This document shows, in pieces, positions 9,641 through 19,069 of a stretch of DNA of 64,000 bases. Numbering within the stretch: the stretch's first letter is position 1; every line of letters begins with the position of its first letter. The notes below the pieces were generated by a model. That model had not been told where the DNA came from, made no database searches, and saw nothing but the letters and a program-made list of their open reading frames with translations. Origin of the DNA: a virus; the UHGV virus genome UHGV-0211740; one strand, given 5' to 3'. A program made the translations under genes and the position numbers.

Positions 9641-10959
9641 TCAACAACACCTTTACCTCTAAATGTGGCAATGGTGCCGCGCTGAAAGGTCAGGCAGAGT
9701 TCAGATCTACTCCAGAGGCTGGTCAGGTTATTGTTCGTGATGTTGTAGGCACAGCCCATAGATTCTACAATTTCAACAAAGATGGCACTTTCTCAGCCCC
9801 TGGTGGTTTTGTATGCCACACGGGTGGTGACTGGAACAACCAGTTTGGGCCTAACAACCCGTCAAAAATAATGGCTGGTAATGTCAATGGGCCTGAGGGT
9901 TCGATGGTCGTTGGTGGATTGTCTGTGGCGTTTTCTGGAAACTATGCTTTCCAAATGGCTGGTCGCCTTGATCGATTATACACCAGGTCTATCGAGGGAG
10001 GTAACCATAGGGCGTGGAACAAAGTCATACAACACAGAGGCCAGGGTCTGGGGACAGACGATCTTAATAGCTATGATGGAACTCGTGACGGTATCTATCA
10101 TCAGGGTGCAAATTCTGACGCACTCACATCCCGTCATTATCCTGCTCCGTACGCTGGTACGCTGATTGTTTATCAGAACACTGCTAACCAGTTGACAGGG
10201 TGTGTGCAGGAGTATATAACCTATTTTGGTGACAGGTATACTCGTGCTGGCAACACGAATGGTGAAGATTTTGTTTGGGAAGAGTGGAGACACGATGCGG
10301 GTAAGGGAATCCAGTTAAGACCTAATTACACTTTTGGTGAAACCAGTAATCAACTGGAAATTCATGTCGGTGCTAATGGTCTTCCCTCCAACGCAGATGG
10401 CTTACCTAAGAATGATGCTGTACTCCATTATTGGGGTAACGGCAGCACAGGGGATCGTCCAAACGTGTTAGAGTTTAAGGTTCGTGACGAGTCTCAAGCA
10501 AATTGGGTATGGCATTGCGGTACCTTGCCAGATAACTCAAGATATCTTTCTGTAAATGGTGCTGTGAATTGCACATCTGTCAATCAGAGTTCTGACAGAG
10601 ACCTGAAAGATAACATATCTGTTATTCCTGATGCGTTAGAAGCTATCCGGAAGATGAAGGGTTATACTTACACTCTTAAAGAGAACGGTATGCCTTATGC
10701 AGGTGTTATAGCACAAGAGGTGCTTGAAGCGCTGCCGGAAGCAGTTAGCTCTTTCGTGCAAAGAAAGGAAATCCCAAACCCTGATCAAGATGGAACTCCT
10801 TTGATAACAGAGGAAAGATTCTACAGCGTGGATTACGCAGCCGTAACAGGCTTGCTTGTCCAGGTTTGCAGGGAACAGGATGATAAAATAACCGCCCTTG
10901 AGGAGCAGGTTAAAAAATTGACAGAGGTTGTTACTGGGTTGCAAGAGAAATTGAAGTAA
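9622..10959 (+). CDS. tail fibre C-terminal part with intramolecular chaperone (peptidase S74-like) domain; -1 frame relative to 7160..9640
   Basis: Frame open from 9622 with no start codon before ATG 9871 and no RBS there; C-terminus has SDRDLKDNI...GVIAQEV...coiled coil. Confidence 0.55.
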   Translation, partial: ERTEDLINNTFTSKCGNGAALKGQAEFRSTPEAGQVIVRDVVGTAHRFYNFNKDGTFSAPGGFVCHTGGDWNNQFGPNNPSKIMAGNVNGPEGSMVVGGLSVAFSGNYAFQMAGRLDRLYTRSIEGGNHRAWNKVIQHRGQGLGTDDLNSYDGTRDGIYHQGANSDALTSRHYPAPYAGTLIVYQNTANQLTGCVQEYITYFGDRYTRAGNTNGEDFVWEEWRHDAGKGIQLRPNYTFGETSNQLEIHVGANGLPSNADGLPKNDAVLHYWGNGSTGDRPNVLEFKVRDESQANWVWHCGTLPDNSRYLSVNGAVNCTSVNQSSDRDLKDNISVIPDALEAIRKMKGYTYTLKENGMPYAGVIAQEVLEALPEAVSSFVQRKEIPNPDQDGTPLITEERFYSVDYAAVTGLLVQVCREQDDKITALEEQVKKLTEVVTGLQEKLK

Positions 10960-10966
10960 CTGTTTT

Positions 10967-10996
10967 GCCCTCGCTTCGGCGGGGGCTTTTTGTTTG
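10967..10996 (+). terminator. rho-independent terminator
   Basis: 8-bp stem with TTCG loop followed by TTTTTGTTTG. Confidence 0.6.
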
Positions 10997-10998
10997 TA

Positions 10999-11027
10999 TT
11001 GCGTATTAACTTAAAATCTGGTAAAAT
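10999..11027 (+). promoter_or_regulatory. putative promoter with extended -10 (TGG TAAAAT)
   Basis: TAAAAT preceded by TG; weak -35 TTGCGT at 17-nt spacing. Confidence 0.35.
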
Positions 11028-11058
11028 AACTATCATACTTGTTTAACCTGGAGGCACA

Positions 11059-11649
11059 ATGTTTTTATGGGAAAGGCCTAGATACCTTCCAGATATTAGA
11101 TTAGAGTTGCTGGCAGATATTGTCACGTTTAAAAGCCCGTTTACAGGTAAAACGCAAAAAGTAACCTATGCCACACCTAACTGGAAAGGCACTTTGACGG
11201 TTTCCAATATTAGCGAATCGCAGTTGCTTGAGCTCAAGAGTTTTGTTGACCAAGTTTACAAAGATGGGAATATCTTTCTTATCAAAACTTATGGTCATTC
11301 GGTGACAGCCAATGAGCCAATCGCTCTCGGACCGACTGGTAACGACGATTTTTTGAAGACGGTTGGTTGGGAGCCGAACAGGGATATAGCCAGAGCTGGG
11401 GATAAGATATCTGTTAATGATGAGTTGAAAGTGGTAACAGCTCCAGTACGTAGTGATGGTGTTGGGGCCGCTGTTATAAACATATCTCCAAGACTTAGGA
11501 AACCTATTGCAGCAGGGGATACTATGAAGATAATAACTCAATCCCCGAAGGGTAGGTTTCATATCAGAGATATTTATAAAATTAAGCAAAAAGTTGATGC
11601 TATGCAAAAAGGCGATAATATAGTTATCAATTTCTTTGAGGATTTCTAA
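11059..11649 (+). CDS. tail tip module protein (distal tail/minor tail-like, tentative)
   Basis: GGAGG RBS; first of three small genes before the J-like gene. Confidence 0.5.
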   Translation: MFLWERPRYLPDIRLELLADIVTFKSPFTGKTQKVTYATPNWKGTLTVSNISESQLLELKSFVDQVYKDGNIFLIKTYGHSVTANEPIALGPTGNDDFLKTVGWEPNRDIARAGDKISVNDELKVVTAPVRSDGVGAAVINISPRLRKPIAAGDTMKIITQSPKGRFHIRDIYKIKQKVDAMQKGDNIVINFFEDF

Positions 11650-11650
11650 G

Positions 11651-12202
11651 ATGATCAGAGCTCCATTAGATAATTTATTTATTGAAAATATAGAGCTTGA
11701 TGGCGTTGAGATCTTAATTGCTGCAAAACTGGAGCTACCAACAGGAACTGTCAGGGTGTGCTCAGGCACTGGTGTTGTAGTAATTGAAGGGCAACATTTT
11801 ATAGGTATAGGTGGATCAGCTACATTAACTGCTGTGTCGGAGAAAGATGCCACCAACTTCGGATCTGTGGTAGCAACATTGAACGGGTTTGACCCTAAAT
11901 ATGTTGGTGATTTGTTGAAGACTGAGTATTCAGGTTGTCGTGCCACGTTATACATTACAGCCATGGAGAATGGTCTGCCAGTAACCACTAATGGCTTGTT
12001 TGACGGACTTATAACAGATATGGCTATTCAGACAGGAGAGAATAGTGCTCTATCTATATCCATATCTTCAATCTTCAACAGCTGGCTAAGAGGGTTCCCT
12101 TATCGCTACACAGAAGAAAGTCATAGCTCAAGAAACGACAACGATAGATTTTTTAAATATGTGGATCAGGTGGCTAGTCGCCCGATCATTTGGGAGGTTT
12201 AA
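11651..12202 (+). CDS. tail tip module protein
   Basis: ORF track 11636..12202; ATG 11651 right after upstream stop with GAGGA RBS. Confidence 0.5.
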   Translation: MIRAPLDNLFIENIELDGVEILIAAKLELPTGTVRVCSGTGVVVIEGQHFIGIGGSATLTAVSEKDATNFGSVVATLNGFDPKYVGDLLKTEYSGCRATLYITAMENGLPVTTNGLFDGLITDMAIQTGENSALSISISSIFNSWLRGFPYRYTEESHSSRNDNDRFFKYVDQVASRPIIWEV

Positions 12203-12630
12203 TGAGTATCATACATCCTCGTTTAGTAGACTGGCAAGAAAGATTGTTGAAGGTGTTTGACGAAGAGTCAGCCGTTCCGTTCGAGTGGGGATTTCACGAT
12301 TGTTGCACTTTTGCAGCCAAGTGTGTTGATGCTCAGTATGGAACAGATATTCTCTCTAACTTCGAAGGCACGTACAAAACAGAACTGGAAAGTAAGAGAT
12401 GGTGTATGTTACATTTCAAAACCACCAACTTGCCTACCATTTTTGATCTCTTTATGACCAGACTGGATACTCCTAAACAGGTTCAGCGTGGAGATATTGT
12501 TATTTTCAAAGGTCTGAACGGACTTACCGCTGGCGTGTTTTGGAACAATCAGATTTGGTCAAAAGGTGATAAAGGGGTCTTTATGTTTGACATGAAAGAT
12601 TCTATCGTTGTTGATGTCTGGAGGTATTAA
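12202..12630 (+). CDS. putative tail-associated cysteine peptidase (NlpC/P60-like, tentative)
   Basis: ORF track 12190..12630; ATG 12202 with GGGAGG RBS; FHDCCTF motif; position like lambda gpK. Confidence 0.35.
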   Translation: MSIIHPRLVDWQERLLKVFDEESAVPFEWGFHDCCTFAAKCVDAQYGTDILSNFEGTYKTELESKRWCMLHFKTTNLPTIFDLFMTRLDTPKQVQRGDIVIFKGLNGLTAGVFWNNQIWSKGDKGVFMFDMKDSIVVDVWRY

Positions 12631-15600
12631 TGCCAATTGCAATGATTGATAACATCGTTGCTTCTGCAAGATCTTCGAGCTATGACTGGAACGCATCCAA
12701 GGCGGCTCTGGCTGACAGTCTGAACACTGTTACCACCAGAACTCTGGATAAGATTTTTGAGGGCAACAAATCTTACAGAGGCCAGCAAGATAGACAAAAG
12801 CTTCTCAGATCTTCAGCTGCACCTTGTTCTGTAGTGTATGGGAAGACACGCACATCGGGATTGCTTGCGTTTTTGGAGCAGGACAGGGACAGAACCCTCC
12901 ATTGTGCCATTGTTCTTGCCAATCACCCTCTGGAAGGTGTAGAAGACATACTTATCGACGGTAATCCTATTTCTTCATATGGAGATTTGGTATCGTGGGA
13001 GCTGCATAACGACAGAAAAACATCTGATCCTTTCATGGGGACACACTGCCCTTCGTGGTCACCAGACATGATAGGTAGAGGGATCAGTTGGCTGCGTGCC
13101 AGCTTCAAATTTGACCCTAACAAGTTTCCTTTTGGGTTGCCAAACGTTACACTCGTCAAGGTTGGTAAAAAATGCTATGATCCTCGCATCAGCAAAGAGG
13201 TGTATACCAATAACGCGGCCTTGGTGATTCTGGACTATTTAAGAACATACCTTAAATGTCCTGACGAAACCATCAACTGGGAGTCCTTCAAGGAAGCTGC
13301 CAACATATGTGACGAGGCTGTAAGAAACGCTGACGGAACCAGTGAGCGTCGTTACACCATCAATGGTGAGTTCGACATGGATGAGGCTCCAGCAAGCATC
13401 ATGGCAGAAATGCTGAAAGCCTGTGGTGCAGATCTTAGCTATGTGGCTGGTAAGTATGGATTGCTGGTTGGGGCCTATTATGGACCAGCAACAATGACAC
13501 TGGGTGAGGATTGTGTTTGTGGTGAAGTCAAGATCTATCCAGAAGCTTCCTTTGACAAAAGATCCAACACAATAACTGGTAGATTCACCAGTCCTGCCAA
13601 AGGATACTCTGAAACAGATTTCCCATCAGTGTTTGTTCCAGAGTGGATAGAGAAGGATGGGGAAAGAAAGATAATCGATATAGATTATCGTTTTGTCACC
13701 AGTCCTTATCAGGCCCAGCGTGTTTCCGCGATATTCTTAAGACGTGCCAGAGCTGGTAGGATTATTGAAGTCACGTGCAATATGCGTGGTTTTAAATTTA
13801 AGCCTGGACGCTACGTCACAATGAACCTCCCAAGTATTGGCATAGTAGGCCAAGAGATGAGAGTTCTTGAGTGGGAGTTCACTAAAAAGGGCGGTGTTAA
13901 GGTAAAACTTCGTCAAGATGCGAAAGAGTGGAATGATGCCACAGGTCAACTTCCTGACTCTGGTGATGTAGATATTCCTGTGTCCCCATCTGGTGTGGCT
14001 CAACCGCAAAACTTCAGATTCTCTGTTCTTCAAGCTGGAGAAGTAACTCATGGTGTTTTAGCTTGGGACAACGTTGGGACTTACGCTCAAAACATTGTGC
14101 AGGTCAGGAAAAATGGAGAGATTGTCTGGACAGCACAGACAGTTGAGCAGTTTGTCCGTGTTGAAGGTCTGACTAAAGGGTCTTACACAGCCACTGTTGT
14201 TGCAACATCTTATAAAGGCGGTGTATCTCCAGAAGCGTACTGTGAGTTTAACATTCAGGCACCTGAGGCTCCGGTTTCTGTAGAAGTTAAGCAGGGATAT
14301 TTTGCTATCACCTTAATTCCGCACAGCAGGGATTTAGCAAGTGTCAGCACCCAGTATGACTTTTGGACATCCGGCATGACAAGGTTGCCTGACACTAGTG
14401 ATGCAACCGTCACTTCAAAAGCTACTCGCATGGGTGTTGGTTCAACTTGGACATCTGAAGGTCTGCAGAACGATAAGGTTTATTATTGGTATATTCGAAC
14501 CACAAACGCTTTTGGTAGTTCTCAGTTTGTAGAGTGTGCTGCACGCTGCTATACCTCTATTGAAGATTTGATGCCTCAGATAGATGCTGAATTTAAAAAG
14601 ACAGAGACTTATAAAGAGTTGATGAGCACTTTAGATTCTTCTATCGAAGAGGTTGAAAATCGGGTCACAGAACTTAACAAGTACATGGATGGTAGAGTTG
14701 ATGAAGCTTTTGATCACATGGAAAGTGAGTTCTCTAGAGTAGACAAGCTGTATGCTCAGCTGGGAGATAGGGTAGGGGTATTCATCCAAGAAACCAGTGA
14801 AAACTTCCAAGATGTTAATGGAACGCTTACCGCTCTCGACCAGAAACTGGTAGCCACTCAGAACAAGTTTACAGATGATCTCTCTAAAGAAAGTGGCAAG
14901 CTAACCTCTCTGATCCAGACCACTAACAAAGCTACAACTGATCTTCTTAATAAGAAAACAGAAGCTTTGGACGAGAAGATTGTTTCGACCAGGGGCGAGT
15001 TGGAAGATGCTTTAGCACAGGAAAGCGCTGAGCTGAACTCTCTGATTGTATCTACCAATAAAACGACTACAGATCTCCTTAATCAGAAAACCGAGGCACT
15101 GGACAATAAGCTGACGGCAACGAAAGGTGAGTTGACCAACAACTTGAATAATGAGAGTGCTAAACTGTCGTCGTTGATTGAGACAACCAACAAATCCACC
15201 ACTGATCTTCTTAACAAGAAAACAGATGCGTTGGATGAAAAACTGGTTGCTGCACAGGGTGAGCTAACTGAGCAGATTGGCGATGTTGAAAAAGGTTATC
15301 TGGCTGGAGATAAGAGCCTAGAAGGTAAGTTGAATACTCAGAGATCTGAGTTGGATGCAAGCATTCTGAGTACTAATCAGGCTACTGTGGATTTGCTGAA
15401 TAGAACTTCTCAGACTCTTGACCAGAAGATTAGCCAGACTAACGCCACGGTATCTAAAAACTACACCACTCTAGATGGCAAGATCAACACCACCAAATCT
15501 GATCTCAATACGTTGATCTCTACCACCAACAAGGCCACAACGGACCTGCTGAATCAGAAAACTGCAGCCTTATCTGAACAATTAACCTCTGCTAAAGGGC

Positions 15601-16775
15601 AGATTACAACCAACACCAATAATATTACGGGGTTGGATAATAAGCTTACCCAAGCTAAGAAAGATTTGTCTGCAAATATTTCTGAAACTAATCAGGCCAC
15701 TGTTGACCTGATTAACGGAACAGCGTCAGCTATTCGTCAAGAACTTGCTGTTGCTAAGCAGGAGATCATTGATGATGTTGGAGATGTGTCCGAGATCAGG
15801 GCTGCAGTAGCTACAACATCTAAGGCTGTAACCGACTTAGAGGGCAAAGTAAACGCTCAGTGGGGCACAAAAATACAGGTAGACTCCGCAGGGAATAAAT
15901 ATGTTGCAGGTATCCAGTTGGGGATGGAAGGGTCTGGGGGCCAAGTTCAATCCTACTTCATGGTTAGTGCAAACAATTTTGCGGTATATAACCCTGGGAA
16001 TGGAACAGCAACCCTTGCCTTTGCAATCAAGAACAACCAGGCGTTCTTGAAAGATGCCTTCATAGAGAATGGCACAATCTCTTCAGCCAAGATTGCACAA
16101 GAGATTTCGTCAAACAACTACGATGGCAACGGGTACCACAAATACGGCTGGTATATTAACAAGAATGGGCACGCCCAGTTTATGGATGTGTGGGTGAAAG
16201 GCAACATCAACGCTAGTGCAGGTAACTTCACAGGAGCAGTTAACGCCACCAGCGGTACCTTCCGTGGCGATGTTTATGCCAACAACGGTAGTTTTAGAGG
16301 TACCATAGACGCAACAGGTGGTACTTTCCGTGGGCGTGTAGAAGCTTCTGTTATCCGTGCCAACCAGTTTGAAGGTGCAATTGTTGCACACAGGACCTAT
16401 GGTGACTGTCCTCCGGTATATAACTCCCAGCAGAGGGTTTGCCGCTGGAAATGGAGATATGTGGATAACGTGCAAGGCCAAGGTAAGAACGTAACATTCT
16501 TCTTTAAACTGAACGGTACGCTCGCCAGCTCCCAGCTTAACGTTTGGATAGCCGGACATCAAATCCTTGCAGGTAAGAAGTACGGAAACGACAACAACGG
16601 CATGTGTGCGGTAGGGATAACGGGTCTAGGTGAACAGACCATAGACATTATCGTTGAAATTTACACACCATGGTCAACGTCAAGCGTGACAGGAGTTACA
16701 ATATCTTGTCCTACTGTTGTGGTGAGCCGATCCAACTCAAGTTTCCAAGGCCCTTGGAACGAGTCTCACGACTAA
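12630..16775 (+). CDS. host specificity / central tail fibre protein (lambda gpJ-like)
   Basis: 1381 aa; N-terminal region with gpJ-like motifs (VILDYLRTYL); six ~44-aa coiled-coil repeats; C-terminal GxFRG repeats. Confidence 0.6.
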   Translation: MPIAMIDNIVASARSSSYDWNASKAALADSLNTVTTRTLDKIFEGNKSYRGQQDRQKLLRSSAAPCSVVYGKTRTSGLLAFLEQDRDRTLHCAIVLANHPLEGVEDILIDGNPISSYGDLVSWELHNDRKTSDPFMGTHCPSWSPDMIGRGISWLRASFKFDPNKFPFGLPNVTLVKVGKKCYDPRISKEVYTNNAALVILDYLRTYLKCPDETINWESFKEAANICDEAVRNADGTSERRYTINGEFDMDEAPASIMAEMLKACGADLSYVAGKYGLLVGAYYGPATMTLGEDCVCGEVKIYPEASFDKRSNTITGRFTSPAKGYSETDFPSVFVPEWIEKDGERKIIDIDYRFVTSPYQAQRVSAIFLRRARAGRIIEVTCNMRGFKFKPGRYVTMNLPSIGIVGQEMRVLEWEFTKKGGVKVKLRQDAKEWNDATGQLPDSGDVDIPVSPSGVAQPQNFRFSVLQAGEVTHGVLAWDNVGTYAQNIVQVRKNGEIVWTAQTVEQFVRVEGLTKGSYTATVVATSYKGGVSPEAYCEFNIQAPEAPVSVEVKQGYFAITLIPHSRDLASVSTQYDFWTSGMTRLPDTSDATVTSKATRMGVGSTWTSEGLQNDKVYYWYIRTTNAFGSSQFVECAARCYTSIEDLMPQIDAEFKKTETYKELMSTLDSSIEEVENRVTELNKYMDGRVDEAFDHMESEFSRVDKLYAQLGDRVGVFIQETSENFQDVNGTLTALDQKLVATQNKFTDDLSKESGKLTSLIQTTNKATTDLLNKKTEALDEKIVSTRGELEDALAQESAELNSLIVSTNKTTTDLLNQKTEALDNKLTATKGELTNNLNNESAKLSSLIETTNKSTTDLLNKKTDALDEKLVAAQGELTEQIGDVEKGYLAGDKSLEGKLNTQRSELDASILSTNQATVDLLNRTSQTLDQKISQTNATVSKNYTTLDGKINTTKSDLNTLISTTNKATTDLLNQKTAALSEQLTSAKGQITTNTNNITGLDNKLTQAKKDLSANISETNQATVDLINGTASAIRQELAVAKQEIIDDVGDVSEIRAAVATTSKAVTDLEGKVNAQWGTKIQVDSAGNKYVAGIQLGMEGSGGQVQSYFMVSANNFAVYNPGNGTATLAFAIKNNQAFLKDAFIENGTISSAKIAQEISSNNYDGNGYHKYGWYINKNGHAQFMDVWVKGNINASAGNFTGAVNATSGTFRGDVYANNGSFRGTIDATGGTFRGRVEASVIRANQFEGAIVAHRTYGDCPPVYNSQQRVCRWKWRYVDNVQGQGKNVTFFFKLNGTLASSQLNVWIAGHQILAGKKYGNDNNGMCAVGITGLGEQTIDIIVEIYTPWSTSSVTGVTISCPTVVVSRSNSSFQGPWNESHD
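14900..15770 (+). repeat. in-frame tandem repeats (~132 bp units, degenerate later) encoding coiled-coil segment
   Basis: Repeated L(N/S)SLIxTTNKATTDLLNxKTxALDxKL units visible in DNA and protein. Confidence 0.7.
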
Positions 16776-16783
16776 CCTTTAAA

Positions 16784-16810
16784 GCCCCGCTTCGGCGGGG
16801 TTTATTTTTA
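16784..16810 (+). terminator. rho-independent terminator
   Basis: GCCCCGC-TTCG-GCGGGGT hairpin followed by TTTATTTTTA. Confidence 0.65.
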
Positions 16811-16818
16811 TGCTCAGA

Positions 16819-16847
16819 TTGACTATTGTTACAAAATTTGGTAAAAT
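16819..16847 (+). promoter_or_regulatory. sigma70-like promoter TTGACT-17-TAAAAT with TG extended -10
   Basis: Read directly upstream of GTG 16881. Confidence 0.5.
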
Positions 16848-16880
16848 ACCTTGTAGAGATTTTCATACCGGAGGAGTGAA

Positions 16881-18371
16881 GTGGCTAAGTATGGATTGAC
16901 AGAGGCTGGTTTCGTTATACCAACCCTAAATGACCTGATCGTTGAAACTAAGCAAAGCCTGATCCGTGCTTTTGGCGAAAACTTCAACGTACAGAGTAAC
17001 TCAGTTGCAGATAAGCTGACCACTATCTTCAACGAGCGAGAGTATCAACTTATTCTTATGGCAGCGTCTGTGTATGCATCGCAGACACTGTATGGGGCAG
17101 AGGGTATTTACCTTGATGAACTTCTTGGAAGACAAGGTATTTACCGAAGAGGTCGTTCTAAATCATCAGGTACCTGCCAGTTGACAATTAACACAACTGT
17201 GCCGTACAATATGATTTATGATTCCAAAACTTACACGCTGGACAGTGGCAACTTTGTCCTCAGTAATGACGTGCAGGTAGCTGGGAATCTGATTGCTCAC
17301 AGAATAAACGCTCCAGACCTAAGAATTGGGAAATACAATTTTCAAATTACCAACCAGACAGATGGAAGTATCAAAACAAAAAGTCTGGTTTTAACAGATA
17401 AGGCCCTGGACTCTTCTGATCTTCCCAGCTTTTACGGGGAGATTAAGCAATTTATTGTCGATAATACAACCCTGTTGAACGACGATTTGATCCAGATCGA
17501 TATGTTGACAGGTACGTTGTGGATAGGTTACAATTCTAACCTTGATCAAGTTGGGCTTAATAGTAGGGTGGATTTCAGAGTATCTCCGATTGTAGGGGAA
17601 AGAACTATCACCCTGGATGTTATCGCTAACGAGGCTGGTGAGCTGTCAAGAGAGGCAGAAACTGTAACAACAATGTCACCTACCCCTAGTGGGTTTATTA
17701 AACTCACCAACCGAGAAAGATTCAATGAGGGCAGGGATGTTGAGAAAGACTCTGAGTATCGCTTAAGAGCTACCAGCACTAAACAGCTGACATCTAAAGC
17801 TACTCGCCCTGCAATCCTTAGCGCCGTAAGCGAGGTGAAAGGTGTTGAGAAAGTGAGAGTGTTCTCTAACAACACCGATAAAACGGATGCGAAAGGTATA
17901 CCACCTTACAAATTTCAAGTGGTGGTGTTTGGTGGTACAACAGAGGATATCTGTCAAGCATTGTATCAAACCATAGCTTGCACAAACAGAACTTATGGTA
18001 ATATCTTCTACGATATTAATACATCAGACGGTCAAACTGAAAGGATTTATTATTCTAAGGCAAACACTTACCGTCTGGATATGAGGATTACCTACTCAGG
18101 TGCTGCGCTTTCCACGACTGAAAAAGATGCTATTACAGAGGCCCTTCTGCAGGTTGTTAATGGACTAGATGTTGCCGATACGTTGTATAATATCCAATTG
18201 GTTGGTGCTGCATCTGCGGCTGTTTCTATAGGCAGATTTAACAGACTGGTAATTCAAGTTAAACCTGTAGGGGCTTCTGATGAAGCTTACACCACAAACG
18301 ACATTGTTGCAAACATGACCGAGGTGTTTGACCTCGACGAAAGTAATATAACTTTCCAACAAACTATTTAA
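16881..18371 (+). CDS. structural protein (possibly baseplate-associated), function unknown
   Basis: GTG start with GGAGG RBS; 496 aa; no recognised motif. Confidence 0.5.
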   Translation: MAKYGLTEAGFVIPTLNDLIVETKQSLIRAFGENFNVQSNSVADKLTTIFNEREYQLILMAASVYASQTLYGAEGIYLDELLGRQGIYRRGRSKSSGTCQLTINTTVPYNMIYDSKTYTLDSGNFVLSNDVQVAGNLIAHRINAPDLRIGKYNFQITNQTDGSIKTKSLVLTDKALDSSDLPSFYGEIKQFIVDNTTLLNDDLIQIDMLTGTLWIGYNSNLDQVGLNSRVDFRVSPIVGERTITLDVIANEAGELSREAETVTTMSPTPSGFIKLTNRERFNEGRDVEKDSEYRLRATSTKQLTSKATRPAILSAVSEVKGVEKVRVFSNNTDKTDAKGIPPYKFQVVVFGGTTEDICQALYQTIACTNRTYGNIFYDINTSDGQTERIYYSKANTYRLDMRITYSGAALSTTEKDAITEALLQVVNGLDVADTLYNIQLVGAASAAVSIGRFNRLVIQVKPVGASDEAYTTNDIVANMTEVFDLDESNITFQQTI

Positions 18372-18382
18372 GGCGGCGAGAT

Positions 18383-19069
18383 ATGGCAGAGATTAAGTCG
18401 GATGTCAACCACATCCACACTCTGCCAGATTTTGTTCAGGGAGGTCTTGACTACCTGCCTGGAGATTTTCTGGCTGAGAAGGTTAATTTGGTCACATTCT
18501 TAACCGTGTACCTTAAAAGGTTGGAGGATGTTGATAAGATGCTGGTAGGTTTGGCTGAAGGAAGATTGCTTAACAATGCCAGCGGAAGATACCTTGACGA
18601 GGTAGGAAATCAGCTTGGCATTCTTAGGAACGGGCTTTCAGATGCCGATTTTCGTGCCACACTAATTATTCAGCAGGCAGCATCCTCAAGGGGTGGGACT
18701 AGAGAAGATGTCATCTCCACTTTGCGACAATTGTTCGGAAGAAATAATTTCGATACGTGGAAAGGTGACAACTTCAGGTTTGACATAAATATTAGAAAAA
18801 CTTGCTTTGATATACTGCAGTCTATCGATCAGATCTTAGATATGCTACCGCTGCCTTGCCATTTGCGGCTTACAGAGTCGCAGGGGCAAGCTTTTGGCTT
18901 TGAAGGGGACTCAACAGCTCTCGGTTTCGGATCAGTGTGGGAAGAAAACCAGTTCGGAGTTGGTGGATTGGCTACTTTATTGTACGTTCCTGACGTAAGA
19001 CCTGATTGGGACACCACAACCATTTATTGTGAAAGTATTACAGTGAACGCAACTAGACAGGAGGGTTAA
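18383..19069 (+). CDS. hypothetical structural protein
   Basis: ORF track; operon context. Confidence 0.5.
   Translation: MAEIKSDVNHIHTLPDFVQGGLDYLPGDFLAEKVNLVTFLTVYLKRLEDVDKMLVGLAEGRLLNNASGRYLDEVGNQLGILRNGLSDADFRATLIIQQAASSRGGTREDVISTLRQLFGRNNFDTWKGDNFRFDINIRKTCFDILQSIDQILDMLPLPCHLRLTESQGQAFGFEGDSTALGFGSVWEENQFGVGGLATLLYVPDVRPDWDTTTIYCESITVNATRQEG

Noticed and set aside
9871-10959. Treating ORF 9871..10959 as an independent gene
   Set aside because: No RBS at ATG 9871, and the frame stays open for 83 codons upstream with no start codon; a chaperone domain alone would lack a fibre to fold. Fusion to the upstream gene is more likely, though not proven.
11101-11988. 295-aa minus-strand ORF
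   Set aside because: Antisense to two tightly coupled plus-strand tail genes with RBSs; low-complexity Ser/Thr/Pro-rich translation; breaks the uniform strand of the structural block.
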